Source: an uncultured Anaerolineaceae bacterium
Lineage (GTDB): Bacteria > Chloroflexota > Anaerolineae > Anaerolineales > E44-bin32
DNA length: 64,000 nucleotides
Direction: 5' to 3'
NCBI GenBank assembly: GCA_964575425.1
Contig: CAZNRD010000006.1
Location: forward strand, 20,293-84,292
The notes beneath the pieces are model-generated. The model saw nothing but the letters and a program-made list of their open reading frames with translations, was not told where the DNA came from and did no database searches. Position 1 is the first letter of the stretch. Each line of letters starts with the position of its first letter. The translations under genes and the position numbers were made by a program. Below, piece by piece: positions 57,970 to 64,000 of the stretch.

Positions 57970-59158
57970 ACTGCCCCCGGACCAGATCGCCACGGGCGTA
58001 GCGCTCCCAGGCGAACAGGTTGATGTCATCCTCGGGGTTCTTGCCCTCCAGCACCAGCTGCGCCATCATCCTGCCCACCGCAGGGGCCAACTTGAAACCG
58101 TGGCCACTGCTCCCGGAGCATACGTACAGGCCTTCACAGGCCGGAACGGCGTCGAGCACAGGGTGCCAGTCCGGGGTGATGTCATACAGCGAGGCATAGC
58201 TGCTCGCCAGATGGCAGTTGCGCATCAAGGGGAAGCGGCGGGCGGCGCGCTCAGCGAAGTCGGCGAGTATCTCCCATGCCACCCTCTCGTTGTACCTGTC
58301 GGGATCCTGCACCTGGTCCTTGCTCTCGTCGGGGGAGATTGAACCCACAAGCATCAGGCCGCCCGTCTCGGGCCGCAGGTATATCTGCGTGGTGAAGTCG
58401 CCCCAGACGCAGTGTCGCTCAAAGCCAGGGGGACGACGGTACACACCGACCTTGACTCGCGCGACAATCATTGGCAGCTGCACCCCTACGCTCCGGAGCA
58501 GGGCGTTCGTCCAGGGCCCGGCAGTGATCACGACCTTCTCGCCAGCCACGAAGCCTTGGTCGGTCTCAACGCCGGACACGCGGCTTCCCTGCAGACGCAG
58601 CCCTGTCGCGGTGACCCCGGTGCGCACCGTGGCACCCAGGCGGAGAGCGGCCCGGACGAAGCCATTGGCAGCGGAGGATGGATCGCAGTAACCACCTTCG
58701 GGTTCGTAGGCGGCCCCGCCCAGACCGCCGACGTCAATGTGCGGCTCAATCTCGCGGGTCTCCTCAGGAGCGACAAAGCTGGTTCGGATGCCGACGGATT
58801 GCTGGAGAGCTATGTTGGCCTGCAGGGCGTCAACGTCTTCCGGCCCAACGCCAACGAAGAACCCTGTGTTCGTGAAGCCGCAATCGCCGCCGACCAGGTC
58901 CTCGAAGTTCTGCCAGAAGCGCAGTGATTCAAGGGCCATGCGTGCCGTGACGGGATTCGAGTAATGCTGGCGCACGATGGCGCTGGAGGCCCCGCTGGGT
59001 CCGCCGGCGATGAAGCGCTTCTCCAACAGGGTTACCCGGACGCCGTGCCTGGCAAGGTGAAAGGCGGTGCTCACGCCGTTGATGCCGCCGCCGATGATGA
59101 CCACGTCAGCAGAAGGAGGGGGTGAAGGATGGAGGCTGTCCATCGGTGGGAGGTTCAT
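57947..59158 (-). CDS. FAD-dependent oxidoreductase (DAO family), paralogue of the downstream gene
   Basis: ADVVIIGGGINGVSTAFHLA dinucleotide fold. 403 aa. Confidence 0.85.
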   Translation of the reverse strand: MNLPPMDSLHPSPPPSADVVIIGGGINGVSTAFHLARHGVRVTLLEKRFIAGGPSGASSAIVRQHYSNPVTARMALESLRFWQNFEDLVGGDCGFTNTGFFVGVGPEDVDALQANIALQQSVGIRTSFVAPEETREIEPHIDVGGLGGAAYEPEGGYCDPSSAANGFVRAALRLGATVRTGVTATGLRLQGSRVSGVETDQGFVAGEKVVITAGPWTNALLRSVGVQLPMIVARVKVGVYRRPPGFERHCVWGDFTTQIYLRPETGGLMLVGSISPDESKDQVQDPDRYNERVAWEILADFAERAARRFPLMRNCHLASSYASLYDITPDWHPVLDAVPACEGLYVCSGSSGHGFKLAPAVGRMMAQLVLEGKNPEDDINLFAWERYARGDLVRGQYAYSILG

Positions 59159-59618
59159 GCTTCCATCGGTTGGCCCCGGGCGAATCGGATGGGTTGGGGA
59201 AGGGCTTCCATAGCAGCAGAGTATCTGTCGACGAAGAGTATACCTCGGCGCGTGTGGCTTGCCGTCCCCTGTCTGCTGGAAGCCCGCGACCCGAGTGGTG
59301 GGGTCGTCTGGCCGCGATGTGTCCTCTCCAGGAATGGCATCGACCTGACGTTGTTGGCGGAGAGGTTGCGAGCCGCCAGGTTTGGTGGGTGCGCGGAGCA
59401 GGGGTACGGTTCACAGAGCCACTCAAGCTTGTCGTTTGACGGAAGGCCTCACTGCTGCCAGGAGCGAGCCGAGGCGCGCGACGAGTGAGTGCGCGGGTCG
59501 GGCTAGTGTTGGGTCAAAGCAAGGAGGGGAACGACGAACCGGTGGCGCTCTCACTGGCCCCCTGGAAACTCTGGCAGTTGCCGGCCAGTCCAGCTGCCTC
59601 CGTAGGACCAGGCTGGGG

Positions 59619-60329
<711 letters not shown>

Positions 60330-60351
60330 GCCCATCACCTTCAATGATGCC

Positions 60352-61176
60352 TCAAGCCGGCGCCGGCCTGGCGGCAAGTTGGGGCTGGGAGCTCACGTCA
60401 GCACTTCCTCGACCCAGGTAGGCCTCGATGACGCGCGGGTCGTTCCGAATCTGAGCCGGCGGCCCTTCCGCGATCTTCTCACCATAGTCCAGAACGGTGA
60501 TTCTCTCCGAGATGCTCATGACCACGCGCATCTGATGCTCGATAATCAGAATGGTGATGCCGAGCTCGTCCCGCAGGCGTCGGATGAACCGGATCATCTC
60601 GTCGGTCTCAGCCGGGTTCATTCCTGCCGTGGGCTCGTCGAGCAGGAGCAGCCGAGGCTTGTTCGCCAGGGCGCGCGCGATCTCGAGGCGGCGTTGGTCG
60701 CCGTAGGGCAGGTTTCGGGCCAGCAGATCGCCTTTTCTCTGGAGGCCAACGAGGTGCAGCAGGCGCTCGGCCTCCTCGTTGGCGCGCTGTTCGTCCCGGC
60801 GGGTGCTCGCGGTGCCCAACACCGCGCCGACCCAGGACGAGCGCAGGTGGTAATGCTGCCCCACCAGGATGTTCTCCAGCGCGGTCATGGCGCTGAACAG
60901 GCGTATGTTCTGGTAGGTGCGCGAAATGCCCCGATGGGCGATCTGATCGGGCCGCAGACGGTGGACGGGCGTGCCTTCGAAGTGGACCTCGCCTTCATCC
61001 GGTTGGTTGAAGCCGGTGATGCAGTTGAAGAAGGTGGTCTTGCCAGCGCCGTTGGGGCCAATGATGCTGACAATCGCCTGGCTCTCGAGTTCAAAATCCA
61101 GGGCGCGAACGGCTGTCAGGCCGCCGAAGCGTTTCGTCACCTTGCGAGCAATGAGCAGTTGAGATGCCACAGCCAC
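60352..61176 (-). CDS. livG: branched-chain amino acid ABC transporter ATP-binding protein (LivG-type)
   Basis: Walker A GPNGAGKTT, LPYGDQRRLEIARAL, and LLLDEPTAGM. Confidence 0.9.
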   Translation of the reverse strand: MAVASQLLIARKVTKRFGGLTAVRALDFELESQAIVSIIGPNGAGKTTFFNCITGFNQPDEGEVHFEGTPVHRLRPDQIAHRGISRTYQNIRLFSAMTALENILVGQHYHLRSSWVGAVLGTASTRRDEQRANEEAERLLHLVGLQRKGDLLARNLPYGDQRRLEIARALANKPRLLLLDEPTAGMNPAETDEMIRFIRRLRDELGITILIIEHQMRVVMSISERITVLDYGEKIAEGPPAQIRNDPRVIEAYLGRGSADVSSQPQLAARPAPA

Positions 61177-61186
61177 TCCTTGACTG

Positions 61187-62947
61187 CTACTTCGACCCCG
61201 GGCTGCCAGGGACGGTGCGGGCCGCGTTCTCCCGGGCCGCGCGCAGCTCGCGCCGGATGACAGGTGAGGGCCACAGTCCTTCCGGTCGGGCCAGCATAGT
61301 TCCGATCAACGCTGCGCCATAGAAGAGCAGGCGGTATTCGGCGAACTCGCGGAAAAGCTCCGGCAGGCCGATGAGCACCGCTGCCCCCACGATCACGCCG
61401 GGGATGCTGCCCATCCCGCCCACCACGATCACCGCCACCACGTTGATGGAGACCATGAGCTGCATGCTGTGAGGGAAAATCGATCCGACCAGGACGGCGA
61501 AGATCGACCCGCTCAAGCCGGCAAAGGCGGCACCCAGCCCGTAGGCGAGCAGCTTCGTCTGAACCAGGGTCACCCCAAGCGCCTCGGCCACGTCTTCGTC
61601 TTCGCGGATGGCCATCCAGGCGCGGCCCAGGCGCGAGTCGCGCAGCCGCCAGGCGACAAATGCCACGAGTGCCGCCGAAATGACAATCAGATAGTAAATC
61701 TCCTGGGGGCCGGCCAGCTCGAAACCCTTGCACTCCATCGGGATTCCCACGGTTGTGAACGGGCCTAGTGTGCCGAGACAGGGTTTCTGAATTGCCAGGA
61801 CGCCCTGGGAGCCCCCAAGCCACGGACGGAGGAAATCGGAAAGGACCAGCAGGCGGGTGATCTCGCCAAAGCCCAGCGTGGCTATGGCCAGATAGTCGCC
61901 GCGAATCCCAAGCACCGGAATCCCCAACAGCACCCCAGCAAACAGCGAGACGAGGACCGCGACCGGCACCGCCGCCCAATAGGACCAGTGCGCAATCCCG
62001 TGATCGCCCACCGAGGTCAGCAGCCCCACCGTGTAGGCGCCGATGGCGAAGAAGGCGACGAAGCCCAGGTCGAGCAGGCCGGCAAAGCCCAGTTCCAGGT
62101 TCAGCCCCAGCGCCATCAAGGCGTACAGGCCGACGAAGACAATGACCTGAGCGATGAAGGGGCCGGAGATATGGGGCAGGACCAGGATGCCGATCAGGGC
62201 TGGTATGAGGATTGCCACGCGCAAAGCCCGGCGCTCACGCGGTCGTCGGGATTCGGCGCGGCTGCGTCGCGCCGCTCCTCCGAGGGCCATGGCCAGGACG
62301 ATGGCGGTGACGATGCCAACCGTGAGCAGCGCGCCTGTTATGGTCAGGCCTTCCGATTGCAGTAGAAGACGAGCCGTGCTCGCCACGCTACCTCCACGGC
62401 CCACCAGCAGGCCGCGCAGCAGCCCGGCGAACAGGCCGAGGCCCAGCAGCCAGGCTAGGTTCCAGGCCAGCAATCGCCGGGCGAGCGGAGGAAGCATCAA
62501 GGCGCCGGCCGTGATCCCTGCTGCGGACGCGCCGACGAGCGGCAATAGCCAGGCCCCCGCCAGACCACGTTGAAAGGTCAGCACCGAGTACAGAACGGGG
62601 GAGGCGTTGAGCAGAACGGCGCGCAGATTGACCGTCTGGCCAATGACGACCAGCCCTGCCAGCATTCCCCCCGCCACCAGGCCGGCGATCGCGGCGTTCG
62701 CGATGACGATGGCTGGCGGCGCAGCCTGCCGCAAGTACTGGCGCGCTGCCACGTAACCTGTGCCCACAATGGCCAGCAGCAGCCACGTGTGGCCGAGGGA
62801 GATCAAGCCGGCGATCACAGCGCGCTCGGCGAAAGCTCCCACTAGGCCCACAAGACTGAGATAGATGCCAACCAGGCCCCCCACGAGGCCAATTTGCAGG
62901 GTTCTTCCTAGGCGAGGTCGTCCATACATCCTGCGAAGCCCTCTCAA
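61187..62947 (-). CDS. livM: branched-chain amino acid ABC transporter permease (LivM-type) with ~240-aa N-terminal polytopic extension
   Basis: The C-terminal 340 aa carry the LivM core (ALGLNLELGFAGLLDLGFVAFFAIGAYT). The N-terminal 240 aa are additional hydrophobic helices. Confidence 0.85.
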   Translation of the reverse strand: MRGLRRMYGRPRLGRTLQIGLVGGLVGIYLSLVGLVGAFAERAVIAGLISLGHTWLLLAIVGTGYVAARQYLRQAAPPAIVIANAAIAGLVAGGMLAGLVVIGQTVNLRAVLLNASPVLYSVLTFQRGLAGAWLLPLVGASAAGITAGALMLPPLARRLLAWNLAWLLGLGLFAGLLRGLLVGRGGSVASTARLLLQSEGLTITGALLTVGIVTAIVLAMALGGAARRSRAESRRPRERRALRVAILIPALIGILVLPHISGPFIAQVIVFVGLYALMALGLNLELGFAGLLDLGFVAFFAIGAYTVGLLTSVGDHGIAHWSYWAAVPVAVLVSLFAGVLLGIPVLGIRGDYLAIATLGFGEITRLLVLSDFLRPWLGGSQGVLAIQKPCLGTLGPFTTVGIPMECKGFELAGPQEIYYLIVISAALVAFVAWRLRDSRLGRAWMAIREDEDVAEALGVTLVQTKLLAYGLGAAFAGLSGSIFAVLVGSIFPHSMQLMVSINVVAVIVVGGMGSIPGVIVGAAVLIGLPELFREFAEYRLLFYGAALIGTMLARPEGLWPSPVIRRELRAARENAARTVPGSPGSK

Positions 62948-63931
62948 TCAGGCCTTCTTGGCGGCAAGGCGCTCGCCCATCAGTCCTTGCGGGCGGAAGA
63001 CCAGCACCAACACCAACATGGTGTAGGCGATGGCGTCTTTCAGCTGGTAGGGAGCGACAATGCCGAGTCCTTCCAGGAACAGCGCCGGCCCAAGCGATTC
63101 GAACAGGCCAAGGAACATACCACCCAACATCGCGCCAGGGATGTTGCCGATGCCGCCCAACACGGCCGACGTGAAGGCCTTGATGCCCGGGACGAAACCC
63201 ATGAAGAAATTCACCTGCCGGTAGGCCAGCGCATAGAGCACGCCCGCCGCGCCGGCCATGGCTGCGCCGATGGCAAAGGTCGTCGCGATCACGCGGTCCA
63301 CGTTGATGCCCATCAGCATCGCCACCTCCTTGTCTTCCGAGACGGCGCGCATCGCCTTGCCGATCTTGGTGCGCATCACGATCGCGTACAGGCTGAGCAT
63401 CATGAGCACGGCCGCGACAATCACCACCACTTGCACCTTGAGAATCCGGAGACCCAGGATGAACCAGTCGCCTCTCAGTGCCTGGACATCCGGGTAGGCG
63501 TACAGCCCCGGCCCGAAAAGACCGCGGAAGGTGTATTGCAGGAAGAATGAGGCCCCAATGGCGCTGATCAGCGGCACCAGCCGGGGTGCGTAGCGCAGGC
63601 GGCGATAGGCAATTCGTTCGACCAGCAGAGCCAGAGTCGTTGAGACGGTCGCCGCGAAGAGGATCACCAGCAGCAGGGCGACGACTGGGTTCCTGTCGAG
63701 GTAGCCAGATCTCGCCAGGGCATCCGCCACAAAATAGGCACTGAAGGCTCCGCTCATGAAGATCTCACCGTGAGCGAAATTAATCATCCGAAGAATGCCG
63801 TAGACCATGGTGTAGCCCAGGGCGATCAACGCGTAGATGCTGCCCTGGGCTAGCCCAAACATGATGAATTCCAGCCAGTGCGTGAGTGCATACTTGCCCT
63901 TCATCAGGACAAGCACTGAACCCACGACCAC
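62948..63931 (-). CDS. livH: branched-chain amino acid ABC transporter permease (LivH-type); frame stays open to the window edge, so the true start may lie beyond 64000
   Basis: GLAQGSIYALIALGYTMVYGILRMINFAHGE core motif. There is no in-frame stop between 63931 and 64000, and that stretch encodes a hydrophobic helix. Confidence 0.85.
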   Translation of the reverse strand: MVVGSVLVLMKGKYALTHWLEFIMFGLAQGSIYALIALGYTMVYGILRMINFAHGEIFMSGAFSAYFVADALARSGYLDRNPVVALLLVILFAATVSTTLALLVERIAYRRLRYAPRLVPLISAIGASFFLQYTFRGLFGPGLYAYPDVQALRGDWFILGLRILKVQVVVIVAAVLMMLSLYAIVMRTKIGKAMRAVSEDKEVAMLMGINVDRVIATTFAIGAAMAGAAGVLYALAYRQVNFFMGFVPGIKAFTSAVLGGIGNIPGAMLGGMFLGLFESLGPALFLEGLGIVAPYQLKDAIAYTMLVLVLVFRPQGLMGERLAAKKA

Positions 63932-64000
63932 GACAAGAATGACGAAGGCGCGGAAGCCGAAGAGGAAGGCGGTGATGGACCAGTCGGTGAGTCTTTCAAT

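Noticed and set aside
59159-59618. A glycine riboswitch might lie upstream of the DAO-family genes.
   Set aside because: Only CTGGAGAGG resembles the consensus. The conserved ACCGAAGGGGCAA-type core is absent from both candidate aptamer positions. The region is kept only as an unexplained long leader.

Overview
This is a visibly GC-rich bacterial chromosomal segment (roughly mid-60s % by eye, not computed). The gene content fits a Chloroflexota-like organism: multi-GAF/HAMP sensors, zinc-ribbon plus LysM and SH3b envelope proteins, a T-box leader, and two 2-oxoacid:ferredoxin oxidoreductase loci. That placement is inference only. I call about 56 protein-coding genes, one tRNA-Gly(CCC), one T-box leader, three near-consensus sigma70-type promoters and several hairpin terminators. 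Most of the window is housekeeping or central metabolism: valS, NAD salvage, OFORs, a nuoB-nuoCD-nuoI module, an Fe-S carrier, selD, mdh, csp, argF, ald and a Liv-type ABC importer. I saw no rRNA, CRISPR array, transposase, integrase, prophage or recognisable defence genes. Many long ORFs in the track are antisense shadows of real genes, as expected at this GC content. The best candidate for something undescribed is a tightly packed nine-gene minus-strand operon (42126-55243). It encodes two CheY-like receivers, three membrane multi-GAF proteins with no output domain that share a C-terminal stub, and a hybrid histidine kinase. It ends in a threonine-synthase-like PLP enzyme fused to a receiver domain, followed by an EamA/DMT exporter. 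Other points worth checking are a selD gene whose true N-terminus is hidden by an in-frame UGA (probable selenocysteine), an isolated complex I Q-module operon next to Fe-S assembly genes, and a frameshifted nicotinamidase gene. All functional calls rest on motif recognition in the supplied translations. No database search was run.
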